64,000 nucleotides of DNA from Sminthopsis crassicaudata (taxonomy: Eukaryota), in contig NC_133617.1 of NCBI RefSeq assembly GCF_048593235.1, forward strand, positions 70,206,937 through 70,270,936, written 5' to 3'. Below the pieces are notes generated by a model. That model saw nothing but the letters and a program-made list of their open reading frames with translations, ran no database searches and had not been told where the DNA came from. The number at the start of each line of letters is the position of its first letter. Within the stretch, counting starts at the first letter, position 1. This document shows, piece after piece, positions 1-31,288 of the stretch. The position numbers were made by a program, and so were the translations under genes.

Positions 1-1283
1 GAGGGGGAGAATGCCACATGACTGGAGCTTTTCCTTCCCGTATATATTAAGAATATGGGGTGAGGGAGGGAGTTTCCTGTCTCTCTGACATCTATCTTCC
101 CAAAAATCGATTTAAGCAAGAGCACTTAAGCTCTGCTTGTGTTCCTGAGTTGAGGTTGTCCAGTGATGGGCAGATTGGGATGGGGGTTAATTGGGACTAA
201 GTTGTCTCAGTCCTCTCCAGGGATGGGAGCTGCAGCAAGGAGCCCCCTGGAAAGCCTCCCTTTCCCAAAGGCAAGATAGGGGACGATGCTCCATGGAAGT
301 AAGTCCCCACGGCTGAGCTATGAGTGGGAGTGTGCTCCCCTTTCCTACCTGGGGATCCCAAGGCCCCAAGCAGAACCAGGGGAGGTGAGGTATAATGCCC
401 AGGCCATGGGGCTTGGTGGAGGGGGATACTCCCCTCCTCACAAAATCAACAAGAATCCTTCACTGGGCAAGGGTCGGGGTGGGTGTTTCTGGAGGAAAGG
501 GCGAGTCAAAGGATCCTGGCTCTTCCTCCTTTTCCCCAGGGGCAGGGCACAGACAGTGGAACAAGCCCATAATTCCACTGCAAGTGTTGGAGGTGGAAGG
601 GTTCAAAGTTTGGGCCAAGGAAGATGTGTGGGGTACACATTAGGGATGGGGATGGAGGTGGGGTTTACATGCCATTCATGGGTAATTAAAAGACCTCAAG
701 CCCACAGTGGCTGGGTCTGCTACATTTCCTTCAAGGTCTGGTTCAAAGGGGAAGCTGGCATGCGGGGATATCCCCACCCTAGCTAATCCTAGAGGGTCCA
801 AGAAGCCCAGCCTCCAGTGGGAGAGCTGCTCCAGACAAGCCAGGGTTTTTCACAATAGCTCTTCCCCTTGCCCCCACCCCAGCTGTCCTGGTCTTAGCTG
901 GTCAGGCCTCAGGAGGTTAGGGTATGGCTTCTCATCCTAGGGTCTTTGCCCACACGCATGTATACACATGCACGCTGGCGCCCCTGGAGACCGAGTGGCT
1001 GCTTGGGGGAGGGGGGAAGGAGAGGGCGGGCCTCCTTCCCCATCACCGACTTCATGCCCAGTGACTCCGTCCTCCCTTCTAATCCTTCAAAACCGCTCCA
1101 GACGGTTTCTAACCTAATACTGAAATGCTGATTGCATGGGGAGGTGTGCAAGCCCCTGCTGTATAAATTAAAACACTCAAATCTTCATCTTGTGCCTGGG
1201 GCCCAGCCCGGCTAGGGGAGGGGGGAAAGTGGGAAGTGGCTCTCAGGGGAAGGGGGCTTCCCTCCCCGTGCACCACCAGCCCC

Positions 1284-17800
<16,517 letters not shown>

Positions 17801-19329
17801 GCAGACACTGGGGCTAAGGCTGGGCTGACCCGCAGCGGAGTTCACACCTGGAACTGGGTTGTGTGGGTGTAGGGCACCCTGCCTGGCAGAGCGTACTACG
17901 CGGCTTTGTTTATTGTAGATTCGCTTCCGGTCAACAGGAAGGGGGAAAAAAAAAACACAAAAAAACACAAAACACGCTCACTCTTAGGGGCTGGTCCCTG
18001 CTTTATCCAATGCTCTCTCTCCTCAGAGCACATTTTCGGTCTTGTCCCCGGGGTTTAGCATCCCATTATTGAAGATTTAGAACCCTCTATTCCAAAGCCT
18101 TGTTTTTCCAGCGAAAAAACTGGATTCAGAGTCTCAACCAGGACTTTCAGACTTTCGTCCCTTTCTCCCTTTATTCCTCCATCCAAGCAACAAAACCCCC
18201 AACATTTCCCTCCAAAGGGAGACTCCTTTGTGCTCCAGTCCCCTCCCCTCCCCCACAGTGGAAGGTTCCTCACCGCTCTAAGGATTTCCATTTCTGCTCA
18301 CTCACCCATTGAAAGGACACCATCAAGGCCCTTTACTTCCTTACTCTGTACCCACCCCCATGAATCCCAATGCAGACATCCTGTTTAGTTAATGGTATCT
18401 CCCTCTCACACATACACACAAAAGCATCCAAAGGGGCTGCCTCAAGGATTCTATTAAAGACCAGAGAATCCCTAAACAAATATGCAATTTTAGGAAGCTT
18501 GTGTGATAGATGTGCCTGAGTATGACTTAACAGGGAAGGCCTAATTGCCGGGTCAATTTCAAACCAGGGCCTGAGACATTCAATGGCTTTCCCCCCCCTT
18601 CATAAAGCCACTATGAGGAAGGCAGATTTCCCCTTCCCCCCATGGCCCAGCATGTGCAGCAACTTCAGGGGAATGGAAGCCACATTTATTCCTGACTCCT
18701 CTGATCTCACTGTCTCGGCATTCTGTGATCCTGACCCCAAACAGATGTGTTTCTCTCTATCCACTCAGAAAGGGTGACACCCTCCAAAGAATCTGGATTC
18801 ACACATTTAAGACATAAAAAGGATCTCCCCTACTTTCGCCACTTCCCCTCATCCCCCAAACCCGGCCTCCTCCAGAGGACTTCCAGTGTCCCTCTCCCAG
18901 CATTGTTTACTCTGCTTTACTCACACTGAGACCTCAGGAAACCAGCCAGGTCAGTTTCACTTCCTGGTTCTGAGGCATCAGGGCAGAATCTCCAGGCATG
19001 CCTTCTTGTTTCAGGCTTTTCACTTCAAGATTTCAAAGATTTTTTTTTTTTTTTTTTGATTGTTGTTTCCTTTTGTTTTTAAACACAGGTTCATTAGTGA
19101 AGTCTTGCTACTGTGCCAGAAAACCTGAGCATTCCAGACAGAAAAGGAATAAGATGGAGGAAAGAAAGGAAATGGCCTGGCCAGAAACTCTTCTCTCAGG
19201 GCCAGTTTTAAACACAAGAAAATAATGTTCCTTCTAGAAGAATGAGCTGCGTTTGAATCTTACCATCCTTTGTCCCAGGCTTAGACAAAAAAATCCTACG
19301 ATCCGTTTGTTTTCCTAATTCCACTCTCC

Positions 19330-20168
19330 TCTGAAAGATCTTGACTTTTCCCTCCCCCCAATATCCTGTTTATTGACAAATTTTGTCAATTCTATTTCAA
19401 CAACGTCTCTTAAAAACCTTTTTTTTTTTTTTCTGCTTAGTCACTACCTCTTATCACCTCACCTTGTAAGGTGAAACTGTAGGAATCAATGTAGGAATCA
19501 ATAAGACCTTAGTTCAGTTGGATAACAGGAAAAACCAATTAACCTTTTTGTATCTCATTTTCTTCATCTCTAAAAGAGGAATGCTGTCCTAAATGGCCTC
19601 CAAAGTCCCTCCTAGCTTTAAATCCTTGATCCTCCATGACTACTGCAATCACCTCCTAATTGTTCTTCCCAATTGCCAACATCTCCCTCCCCACAGCAGC
19701 CAAATCAATAATCAATCCTAAGGCATATGTTTGACCCCACTCAGAAATCTCCAGTGGCTCTTTAACGGATAAAATGCAAACTCCCTGGTCTGATGTTTAA
19801 AGCTTTCTGCAGCCAGGCTTCTACTTACCTTTCCAAACATTGATAATAAGGCAAACTGGACTGCCAATAGTCCCTAGACTTGACATCCGATTTCCCATAT
19901 CTAGGCCTTTGGAGCCTCTCTCTCTCTCTCTCAGGAAGGCATTCCCTAGTCACTTAATTTCCTTCAAGGAGCTAGGATATAGGGATCATCTCCTTTTGAA
20001 AATCACTTGATGTCATCATTTGTTTAGTGTCCTTCTTCCCCTCACATTATTTTGTATCTACTTACCCATACAAATATGGTAGTCCCCAACAGAAGGGCCT
20101 TGAGGGTAGGTATTATTTTAATTTCCCCAAGTACACAGTAGGTGCTTAATAAATGTTGGTGGAATGGA
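19330..20168 (+). mobile_element. L2 LINE 3' fragment (interrupted)
   Basis: Pyrimidine-rich L2-like body ending in the typical L2 tail cacagtaggtgcttaataaatgttggtggaatgg; left boundary approximate. Confidence 0.6.
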
Positions 20169-21224
20169 ACTGGGTGAGGAGGATGTTGTAATCTGGGATG
20201 GGAAAACTTGCCCAGTGAGATGACTGGATCAGCCATGGCACTCCTCTTTCTGGGAAACCCCCTGGGAAGCCCTGGTGATGACACGGTCAGCCCAACCCTA
20301 GTTGTCAGTCAAAGCATCTGAAAGCCCGGGAGTTGCTCAAAGACTAAAAGCAAGCTCTTTAATGGCTCTGGGTCTGGGCCACAAAAGTGGACTGTCCAGC
20401 AGAGACCGGTTGGTCTGGGTACAAGTAGGAGAGAATTTCCCTCCTAGGCCAAACGCCACTTACCACATCCACTGTAATGGGGTTAATTTCCAGGGATGGG
20501 TTGGATTAGACAAATACTGAGTTTCTTTTGACCCCTGAGAAAATTTGGTACTTCCTTCTGGCTCTAATTCCTTACATTTCTGTGAATCATTCTCCAGCAG
20601 CCCAGATTTCTCAAAGATGGGATTCGCCCTCTGCTGGCAATTGATACTCTGGCCTTTCCCTTTGGAGGAGACTGCTCTATGAACTGAAAAGCATTCAGGC
20701 CATAGAGCATCAGAGCTGGGATCCTCTTTGAGATCACCCAGTCCTACCTTCCACCTCATAGAAGGGAAATGAAGGGATTTGCCCAAGATTTTACAGCAAG
20801 ATGATGGCAGCAGCCCACTAACTCTAGTATAGCTTGACAAACTCACTTAGGACTTAGGAACCAGATACATTTACCCCCTCCCCCCTGGCTTTCCAGGAAA
20901 TAAATCTCAGCACATCTGGTCAGAACAGCAGAAATTCTGACAGCTGATGGGCTCTTCTCTCGCCAATGGCCACAGCAGGTGCAAGGGCAGCTGGGAAGCT
21001 GAACACCACCACACTCTCCCTTCCCCCTGCAGATGGGTTTCCCCACCCCCAGCAGTTTGTACTGAGAGGTCCTCTCCCCAGTGTTTTGTTTCAACGTCTC
21101 AAGTCAGCACAGGACAGTGGACAGAGCACTGGCATTTGGAGACTAGACAACTGGGTCAGGGTCTCGGCTCTGCCACTTATCATACGACCCTGGGTGAGTC
21201 TAAGTTCCCTCATCAATTCAAATC

Positions 21225-21326
21225 AACTCAAATATTCAATAAACACTTTCTGGGGGTTAGGCTAGGGTGCTCAGGATACAAAGACCAAAGCAGAAACAAT
21301 TAAAATTGCTGCAGTCAAAAGAAGAT

Positions 21327-21361
<35 letters not shown>

Positions 21362-22110
21362 TTTAAGCACAAGGTAATCTGAGAAGGGAGAGAGGAATAA
21401 TAATAAGGGGTCAGATTGGAAGGGTCTAGTGAAGAGGGATTAGGGAAAACTCCTGGGAGAAGGTGGTTAAACTGAGCATTAAGCATGGAGGCGATGGGGA
21501 GCATTCCTAGGAGAGGGGATAGCTGAGAGGAATGGAATGATGGTCCAGGGAACACCAGGAATCCCATATAACTGAAATTTAAGTGTGAAGAGGAAAAATA
21601 TGATAAGAGTCTGGAAAGGCAGCTGAGGAATAAGATCATCAAAAGTTTGAATGCTGGGAAGCATTTTTATTCTATTTTAGAGATAACCAGGAACCTCTGA
21701 AGGCTTTTGAGAAAGGGGGTAACACCATCAGACGTATGCCTTAGAAAAGTTATTCTGGCAGCTGTTCAAAGGACAGATTCAAAGGGGAGAGAGTGAAAGA
21801 AGGGAGACCAATTAGTAGGCTAATAAAATAGTCCAAGGAAGAAGTTATTAGCGCCTGAATTATTTACGGCAGTAGCTTTGTGACTCCAGTGAAATGAAGA
21901 TGGATGTGAGAGAATTATAAGAAAAAAGACTTGGCAGCTGGCTGGAGGGGTGAGGGAGAGAGAAGCGAGAATGACAGCAAGGTTATGAACTGAGGTATCC
22001 TCAACAGAGGGAAATTTGGAGATGGGGGTTTGTGAGGAGAGCAAATAAGTTGTTTTGGATTCTGAACATGTTAAATTTAGATGCTGATGAGACATTCAGT
22101 TTCCAGCTTT
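21225..22110 (-). mobile_element. L2 LINE 3' fragment
   Basis: The L2 tail in reverse (tcaataaacact...ggatacaaagaccaaa) followed by purine-rich L2 body on the plus strand; contains a GT microsatellite. Confidence 0.6.
21329..21359. repeat. (GT)n microsatellite, ~15 units
   Basis: Perfect dinucleotide run read directly. Confidence 0.95.
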
Positions 22111-22859
22111 GTAAAAAGGGGATATCTGCTTCATAGGGTTCCATGCATAGAGGTGATTTCTAGTTTGATGTAAGGAAAAAAAAACATTAAAATGATGGAG
22201 ATCACTTCAGCACTAGATGGAATAGGTTTCCATCACTAGAAGTCTGAATGGAAGGTCTAACTAGATGGTGCAGAAAGAATGCTTGGTTAGATTTAGGTTG
22301 GGCCTCTCTGAAGTCCTTTCTGGCTTTAAGATTCCATGGCCCTGAGCAAGTCACATAACCCCACTTGCCTCAGGGAAAGAAAAAGATTCCATAATATTGT
22401 TCAGAAACTGAAAGAACCTTTGAGACTATCTAGTCTCTTTGAGTCATCTAGTATAGGGATTTTACAGATGAGGAGCAGAGGCTTCCCAGCCCTGATTTTA
22501 ATCCTTTTAGATCTCTCAATCAATCTTCATATGGACTGTTTTCTAATTCCTTCCTGTCCTGATAATCCTCGAATGTGTTTGTATCCTTCCTAAAAGGTGG
22601 CACTCCAAACTGATGCAATGCTTTAGAATAAAATGGCACTGGGAACTAAGATATATTCAGCATATAGGGAAGCATAGTAGAGAATCTGAGTGAAGATCAA
22701 TGAAAGCCCCAGTCCATACAAAAAGTTATAGTAGCAATATGAAAATGTTTAATATGATTGCATACTATCTCAGGAAGGGGGAGAGAGGGATAGAATTTAG
22801 AATGCAAAACTTTAAAAAACATTTTAAAATTATTTTAATTTGTAATTAGAAAAAAATTA

Positions 22860-23140
22860 TAGTAGGACTTTTTGTGCTTCTAAGGAACTGGAAGAAAAGT
22901 GGGTATTGATTGAAGAATGGCTGAACAAATTACAGTATATGAATGCAATGGATTATTATTGTATCCCCCCCAAAAAAAGAAAGAAATATGAAAAATACAG
23001 AGATACTTGGAAAGGCATGTGTGAACTGAGGCAAAGTAACCAGAAACAGGGGAAAAATTTATATGACTATAATGATATAAACAGTAACAAGAAGCTTCAG
23101 AATTTTTATCAATGCAGTGACAAATCATGTCTTCAGAAGT
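22860..23140 (+). mobile_element. Old L1 ORF2 C-terminal fragment
   Basis: ORF 22906-23142 gives IEEWLNKLQYMNAMDYYC, matching [15 protein letters not shown] of the L1 ORF2 at 37131-37913. Confidence 0.6.
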
Positions 23141-23419
23141 GATGCCCAAATATTCCTTCTGTCATTCAGAAGAGGGGGTGGACTAAGTATGGAATGAGAC
23201 TTAAACGTTGGACAGCAATGGAATGAGACTTAAATGTTGGACAGCAACAATTTATTGGTCTGCTTTGCTTGACTGGCTTAATTATAAGAGAGTTCTAATC
23301 GGAAGGCAAGGAAGTAAATGGGAAAAGGAAAAAGAAAACTTTAAGAGCAATATTCAAATACTTAAAAAGGGAAAATAAAAGGTCACTGAAAACAAAAATA
23401 GAAGTATTATAGTGATTAG

Positions 23420-26400
23420 AGAATATTCTGCACGTCACCTGTACCAAAAGGAGATCATGACTTGAGCAAACATCACCAACCTGGCAGAGGAATACTACAT
23501 ATGACAGTGATGGGAAACTTACTCAGACTCTGCTGGGGCTCTCTTTCTGCCGCTAACAATTTCTTGACTTAATGATACTTTCATCTTTTAAAAGGTGAAG
23601 GAACCACTGAGGGAAACTTCTGAACAAGTTTCTGGGTGTATATAATGGGAAGTCATTCTTCTACCTTAGAATTTCCGATGGCAGAGAGGAAAGCTGAGGC
23701 ATGTACCCTAATTTTGGGGAGGGAGATTCCAAAGTGATCAGAGCAAAGATAAGATTTTAAGATTCTATAAGGGAAGTCAGATCATGATGGTTGGGAAGCT
23801 CTGAAGGAAGCAATTTTGAAGACATAAGGAGAAACAGTTCCAATGAATAAAAGGTGTTACCTGAAAGAATCTGATGTGGATATACAAGAATTCATTAACC
23901 TGAATTAAATGTTTAAATATTCAGAAGATGGAAGGGCAGAAAATAAGATGAAATAAAAAAATGTGGCAGAATCCTCCTCAGCAAGGATTCTAAACTTAGA
24001 ATTCTAAAATTCTAAACGTAAACTTGTTGAGCTGAGGAAGCTGGAGAAAAACATATGGATTAAAAAAGGGATAAGACCATAACTTGGCATTGATGGGAGG
24101 ATAAAAAAAAAATGGAAATTAGAAAAAACTGTCCAGGTCTTATTTTAGTTGTTTTCTCTGCTAAGAGGAAAAAAAATAAAACAACAAAAAACAAAACCCA
24201 AAAACCTTAATCTTGAAAAGACCAAACAAAATGACTTGTTAGTCATTGATACCCAGGTTGATACCCAGGGTCTTGGTTCTATCTGCTATATTGGACTCTC
24301 AGGACTACCCTGTAGTCCTGAATATTCTCTTTTATCAGTTTGTTTGTTTTTTTTTTTTAAACATGACCCTCTCTTGGTTCTCCTTCCAGTCTCCTTCATT
24401 GGCTCACATCAGAACTGTAGTTCTCCAAGGTTCTGGTTTAAATCCTAATCTACTCTATGATTTCATCTCATCAACTCTCAGGGGGTTTAATTATCATCTT
24501 TATTCAGATGACTCAAAAACTTATATATCCCAACTCCAGAGTCTCCCCTGCATTTCAGTTCCACATCAAATTTGCCTACTGGACATTTCCAAGTAAACAC
24601 AAGTCAAACTCAAGATAAACAAAACATGTTATCTTATTCCCCACCCACTTATCTTCCATATCTGCATATCTATATCTCCATTCTTCCAGTCTCCCAGGTT
24701 TTTTTTTTTTTTAAACTCTGATGTTATCCTTTTTTATTCCACATATGAAATCAGTTGCCAAACTACCTTAGCTAGCTTGCTGCAGCAGATTCCACATTAG
24801 TTTCCCTACTTCAAGTCCCTCTCCACTTGGATTTATCCTACATACTGTTTTCTGAAAGACCACATAGATCTGCAGAAGGGCAAATGTCCTGATTTTCCAA
24901 AATGGGAAGGGAATAGAGACTGTAAACTTTCATACATCAGTGAGTTTGAATTTTGATTCTTGGAAAAAGTTCTGCTGTGTCTTAGAAAAGAGATAGTTCC
25001 TAAATATCTAGAAAAGGGTGATCAGAGAGAGGTAGTGTGGCTTCTAGAACAGCTCATCTATTTTTTAATGTTAAACATGGTAAAAATATATGTAAATCCA
25101 ATGTAGGCATACATACTTATACAATTATCTTGCTGCATAATAAAAAAAATCAGATCAAAATAGAAAAATATGAGAAAAAAAATAAAATTCAAACAACAAT
25201 AAAAGAAGTGGAAAATGCTGTTGTGATCTACACTCAGTGACTCCAGTCTTTTCTCTGGGTGTAGATGGCTTTCTTCATCACTGAACAATTGGAGCTGGTT
25301 TTAATCGTCTCATTGTTGAAGAGAGCCACATCCATCAGAATTGGTCATTGTCATATAATCTTGCTGTTGCTGTATAGAATGATCTGGTTCTGCTCATTTC
25401 ATTCAATAGCTCATCTCTTTTGACAGGGTTACCAGAGCAGGGGATCCCAACAGACAGCCTAGGTCACCTTGATTTTAGCAAAGCACTGGGCCAAGTCTTA
25501 CATACTGTTCCTGTGAGAGCGAACAAGCTTGGGTTAGCCCAAATACACACTATAGTCAGATGGATGCAAAACTGGCTTAATGACCAGAATCACAGAGGAG
25601 TCATTGATAGGTTGATGTCAACTTGGAAAGAAGCCACCAGTAGAAGTTCTTCAGGAAGCTAGGTTTGGCCCTTTGCCATTTAACTTTTTTTCTTTTTTTA
25701 AATCTTCAGTGTTTTAAATAAAGTCATGGGTGACGTGCTTTTTAATTAGTAGAAGACAAAAAGGAGGAGGACATAGTTATACTGGATGACACATGGAATA
25801 TAATTAGTTCTGGATAGGCTAGAACATTGGGTTAAATTTGGCAACATAAAATTAATAAGAATGAAATATCTAAACATTTAGTCTTACACTTGGGTTCAAA
25901 AAATTACCTTGACAAAAATATATCTTTAGATAGCAGTCTGAGGAAAAAATAGCTAGGGGTCCTATGGGACCATAAACTCTATAAACCAATAAAATGTGAC
26001 AGACAAGAAAAATTAAAAACTTCTAAGGTGGATTATTAACAGCTACTTAGATTGTACCAAAAAGCTAAATTTCCAGGACTAGGGGAAGCTTGCCTTAGCC
26101 CCAGCACAAATAGAATACTGTGTCCAGTTTTGGGAAATGTATTTTTAAAAATAAAACAGAGAACATCTACAGATGAAGGATCCTAAAACCAGTTCCTTTA
26201 GTAATCCTTGTGTAGCATGGGAATATCTGGCTTGGGGAAAAGATTCAAGGGGAACATAAAGCTTTCTCAGAGGACCTCAGGGACTGCTGTTTTCAAAGGA
26301 TTAGTCTTGTTCTGTTAAGCTATCAATATACATATTAAGAAGAAAAGAAAGGAAGGTTTGAAGGGGAAGATGTAGGATTGAAATAAATACTTCTTATGAT

Positions 26401-26530
26401 CAGAACTATCTGAATATGGACTATGCTACCTGAAACATGGGATTTACCCTACCTGGAGGTCTTCAGCAAAAATCACTTTTCTCATAGTGGGGAGAAAGGA
26501 TTCTTGTTCAGGTCTAGGTGGCTCTGAGGT
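23420..26530 (+). mobile_element. Fragmented CR1/L3 LINE ORF2, interrupted by L2 and L1 pieces
   Basis: Degenerate CR1 reverse-transcriptase motifs, e.g. ORF 25420-25662 HLDFSKALGQVLH...VRWMQNWLNDQNHRGVIDRLMSTWKEATS; boundaries approximate. Confidence 0.6.
25060..25415 (-). mobile_element. Older L1 3'-end fragment
   Basis: Same 3' segment (catccatcagaattg...ctgctcatttca) as the L1 copies at 57.5-60.5 kb. Confidence 0.7.
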
Positions 26531-28146
26531 CAGTCAATCAAAAAGCACTTTATTAAGTGTTAGCATGTGCAAGGCACCATACTAAGCACAAGGAATATAA
26601 AGAAAGGCAAGACAGTCCTTGTTCTCAAGGAACTTATAATGGAAGACACAACTGTAAACAGAGTATAAACAAGAAAAATTTGAGACAATTAACCAAGAGA
26701 TGGCATTAGAATTAAGAGGGATCAGGAAGGGCTTCTTGTAAAGGACAGGATTTTACTTGGGATTTGAATGAATCCAGGAGGCAAAGATGAGGGAAGAGAG
26801 AATTCCATATAACTGGGGAAAATGCCTGGAGTTGGGAGTATCCCTTCCAAAACTGAGATTCTGTGATTTGCACAGTCCCACCAATAGTACTGTCACTACA
26901 AGTACCAGAACTAAGTCTGGCACATAGTAAACAGTTAGTAAAGCTGATGGTTAATGCCACCTAAATTGGTGACAGGTTTTTACCAGCTGCCACAGCATAT
27001 CAATAATGCATGTTGAATTTGTGGTCCACTAACACCACCCTGGTCTCTTTCAAATGAACTTTTATCTAGTCCTATTTCCTTTATCCTGTGTGTGAAGTTG
27101 TTTCTCCATATTGACCTGGCCTGTTGGGATTTGTTAGTGGCCTGACTCATCTAACAGGTAGGCTAGTCCTTCCCAGCTTGTGTCATCTCTGAATAAGCAT
27201 GCAATCTATGTCTTCATCCTAGGCATTAATAAAAATGTTCAATAGATCCTCTGGGAACTCCCTCAATAACAAATCAGTTATGCATAACTAAGAGTATTAC
27301 CTCCATTTTACAACTGAAGAAACTGAGGTCCAGAGAAGTTTAAATGACTTCCTCAATGTTATTACACGTAGTATCAACGTTGGGATTTAAACCTGGGTTT
27401 CTTCTGCCTTTGAGTACAGTGTTCTAACTCAACACACTACACTAATTCATCACTCTTCTTTTCTTTAGGACCAGCCAACTAGCTTGGGAATCCATGGAAC
27501 TATATAATCGTCAGTCCTTCTCCAAGTCCTTGAAACTAGGCACCGAGTGCTTTTCTCCTACAGGAAATCCCAGAGTTCTTTCAAAAGCTTCTACATAGTG
27601 AGAAAGCTGCCATTATAGCTTTAGAAGGGAAAAAGACAACATGGCTCTTATTTTTCAATGAATAACAACCAGGCCCCAGCCCCTACTCAACCTCCAACCT
27701 TTACTGTCTTCCTATACCTTATATCCTTTTCTTTATATTCTGTGATCTAGTGACATGGACTTCCTGGATACTCCTCACACAAGATAGTCTTATCTTCTGG
27801 CTCTAGGCATCTTGTCCGCATGTAGTCCTCACCCTCCCCCCCTTGCCTGGGATGCAGCTCTACTTCCTGGCTCCTTCTTAGGTCCCATCTTCTAAGAATG
27901 TCTTTTCCAACTTTCCTTAACTCTAGTGCCTTCCCCCTGGGATGGTCTCCAGTTCATCTCATCTACAGCTTGTTTGTACTCAGTTGTGTTATTATGCAGT
28001 TTTATTGCCTTTTTTTAATCCCTAGCATTTAGCACAGTGTGGGGACACAGTAGGCACTAATGTTTCCTGACTATGGTCACACAACTAGTAAACCTATTTT
28101 CTTTTCACTCTATACCTCCCGCACATTATTATTTATTGTTAAAATC

Positions 28147-28296
28147 TTTTTTCTTTTTTGCTGAGCCAATTGGGGCTAAGTGACTTTGCCCAGGGTCACA
28201 CAGCTAGTAAGTGTTAAGTGGCTGAATCCAGATTTGAACTTAGTTCATCCTGATTCTAGAGCTGGTGCTCTATCCACTGCCCCACCTAGCTGCCCC
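28147..28296 (-). mobile_element. WSINE1/SINE1-type SINE
   Basis: tRNA-like head ggggcagctaggtggggcagtggatagagcaccag on the minus strand, CORE region and A tail. Confidence 0.85.
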
Positions 28297-28375
28297 AAAA
28301 CCTTTATTTTCAAAACATATGTATGGATAATTTTTCAACATTGATCTTTGCAAAATCCCTCCCACATATTGTTAT

Positions 28376-28518
28376 TATTTTTGCTGAGGCAATTGGAGTT
28401 AAGTGGCTTGCCCATGGTCACACAGCCAGGGAATGTTAAATGTCTAAGGCCAAATTTGAACTCAGGTCCTCCTGACTTCAGGGCTGGTGCTCTATCCACT
28501 GCGCCACCTAGCTGCTCC
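28376..28518 (-). mobile_element. WSINE1/SINE1-type SINE
   Basis: Second copy 80 bp from the previous one, with the same head and CORE. Confidence 0.85.
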
Positions 28519-29989
28519 TCCTTCCACATATTATCGAAGCATGAGTCTGACCCTCTTTTTTGCTTCACCCATAGGTGCAGGTAGGTGGTATCAGCTCCAG
28601 AATCAGAACTTGAATTCAAATTTGTCCTCAAATATTTACTAGTTGTGTGATCCTGGGCAAATCACTAAATTCCCTCAGGAACCCGTCCCCCCCCCAAAAA
28701 AAAATCTGGCTCCCTAATACTTTGAGAATAAAATAAAAACTCTTCTGCTTGGCCTTTAAAATCCTTTACAATCAGGGTACCTTCCCAGACTTATTTTATA
28801 TTACTCCCTTTTATATCCCTTAGGTTCCAAATCGGCTCACAAGCAGCTTCTTGTCTTTTGCTCGAGCTGTCCCCCAGTCCAGAAGGTGTTCTTTCCTCAA
28901 CTCCAGTTCTTCATATCAGTGTTTTTCTTCCACATTCATCTCAGATGCAAATGAAAAGAAACAGCTCCTCAGCTATGTTCTTGTCTGTTTCTGTGCTGTA
29001 TTTTTCAGATTTTTTCCCCCCATATCTGACCACCAGGGCCTAACATGTGGCCTTCAGCTTGGTGGACTCTTGAGGCTTCTGAAGCAAAGCCAGAGCTAGC
29101 ATGTGACCCAACCAGCTCTTCTGACTCCAAACACACATAATTTCTACAAAGTTCTCTTCAACCCTACTATATAGAGCAGAATGTCTTCTTCCCTCTCAAA
29201 TCTTAGTTCTGACATTCTTGGAATTGCTGACACTGACCCAACACTCTCTCCACAAAAGCCTAGTTTACGGAAACTGAAGACCACAAGGACTCTGATTTAC
29301 ACGTGGCACGACATATGATGCCTATAAACCACTGTAATTTCCACAAAGGGAATATAATAGAAAGGGTGTGGGAGGGTAAAGGAATGTAATTTCTAGGAGA
29401 ACCAGGCCATAGGATCATGGATCATTGGTTTTCAAGCTGGAAAGGACCAAAAAGATCATATAGGCCAGGATTTCTTAATCTGGAGCCTGTGACCTTGTTT
29501 TTAGAATCTTTTGATAACTATAATTCAATAAAGTGGTTTTCTTTGTACTTTATGCATTTAAATTCAATTTTAAAAATAGCACTCATAGGGAAAGCCCATC
29601 ATCCTGGTATCACGTTTCACTAGTAACCCCTGCCCCTCTGCTTAAACTTTTGACTAGAAGGCAATGATTTGTGCCCCTATTTAAGGAGGGAGCTTTGCCT
29701 GACCCTGTGCCAGGCACTTTCTCCCCACTGCTTTGGCTTTTCCCATTATATTGGAAGCTCCTTGAGAGCAAGGGACCATCTTTGTTTTTTGTTTGTTTTT
29801 TCCCCCCCAAAGCTTAGCGTAATTCCTATTCCATAAGTACTTAAAATGTTCACTGACTTGACTTATTCAGAGAAGGGGCTCATAGGCTCCACCAGAATGT
29901 TAAAAGGGTTCATAATAATAAAAAAGTTAAAGAACTTAATACAGACCATCTCCTTATGAAGAAAGAAATGTTCAAGAATTTTCCAAACA

Positions 29990-30520
29990 CCACAATTATT
30001 TGGTATGAGCCAGGATCTGACCTGGGCCTTAATGCCTCACTCGGGAGAACATCTCTCCTACTCTAGCCTTTCCCCTTCTACAACTGCAGATCTAGGTAAG
30101 GACACTAAAGGGATTCTTTGTAGGCTACATCCAGAATGTCCCTTCATTTCCACCCTGTCCAGTTTCTTGGTGAAAGTAATAGAACAACTTTCAAATCAGT
30201 TCAGAGGGGGAGTTCATTATCCACTAAAGCGGCCCCCCCTTTCCCTTCTGGACAATTTTGTTAGGAGGGCAACCCTAACATCCAACTGCTCCTAGGATAT
30301 TTATGGACCCAAATGACTTCTTCACCCATATGACAGTCCTTCAAATACTTAAAGACGGCTATGCTATCCCTTTGAATTTTTTTTCTAGATTAAACATCCT
30401 TGACTCAAGCGCCTTCCTTCTTTTCCTTACCCTTCCTCTGGACAATCTCCTTCTTAAATGAGATCCAAGTCTTAAGCTAAGAGTCCAGATGGACTTAGTC
30501 TGATGTACAATGCATCTATC
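29990..30520 (-). mobile_element. Degenerate CR1/L3 3' fragment
   Basis: Resembles the CR1 3' region in reverse (ttcttcacccatatgacagtccttcaaatacttaaagac); boundaries approximate. Confidence 0.45.
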
Positions 30521-31288
30521 AACATATATAATATATATACAATGACTCTATCAACTATCTATACCTGGAAGTTAGGCCTCTCTTCAATTTAACCAACATT
30601 TTACTAACTGTATCTATGCTAGAGAAAAAATTCCGTGCCTGACCCTTCCCTGATCATTCCAGATACAGATGTCCTTTCTTGTTTCTAGATCAGAAAGAGG
30701 CTTTGTTGTTGTTGTTCCTAAGAGATGAAAGGGCATCAACATTCTGGGGGAAAACAGGACTCTTAAAAAATATATAAATCAAGGGAATGGCAGGATCTTA
30801 TTTCCAGTTCTAGAGTCAGGTAGCACAATGCATAAGCCTTCTGGGAAAAATTGGCAGCCTGTGTCTACTATGCACATATCCCTTCTGTTCCCCACAAAGT
30901 CCCTTCCTCTCCTAGCCTCCCCTCTCTCCCAGGGATTGGTAAGCACGCCTAACTCCAATGACTCAGTTTCACTCTATGATCTCTTAGGTTTATAATGTCT
31001 TATTATACCCTCCATTCCCCGCCCCCCCCCCAACCCCGACAATGATGTTAGGAATACTGGCTGAAACTAAGGCTCTAAGAGGTTCACAGACTCCTACCAT
31101 CACAAGGCCAGCAAGTAGGTGTTAAGAGCCAGAACTGGCCACCAGGCCTCCTGGCTCAAAATCCAGCATTCTTGTCACTGCTTCTTCCTGCCTTCTCCCC
31201 TCCACAGCATGCAGCCATGAGAAAGCAGGCAAACTCCTTTGTATCCACAGAAGCCCAGAGAGGCACAGTAGAGAGCAACTGTTTCTTT

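Noticed and set aside
1-1283. ZSWIM4 polyadenylation signal and miRNA hairpins in the 3' UTR
   Set aside because: No canonical AATAAA/ATTAAA or convincing hairpin noticed on the minus strand; the 3' end probably lies left of the window.
23189-23246. 29-bp tandem duplication atggaatgagacttaaa(c/t)gttggacagca
   Set aside because: Two-copy slippage duplication in decayed intergenic repeat sequence; no functional hint.
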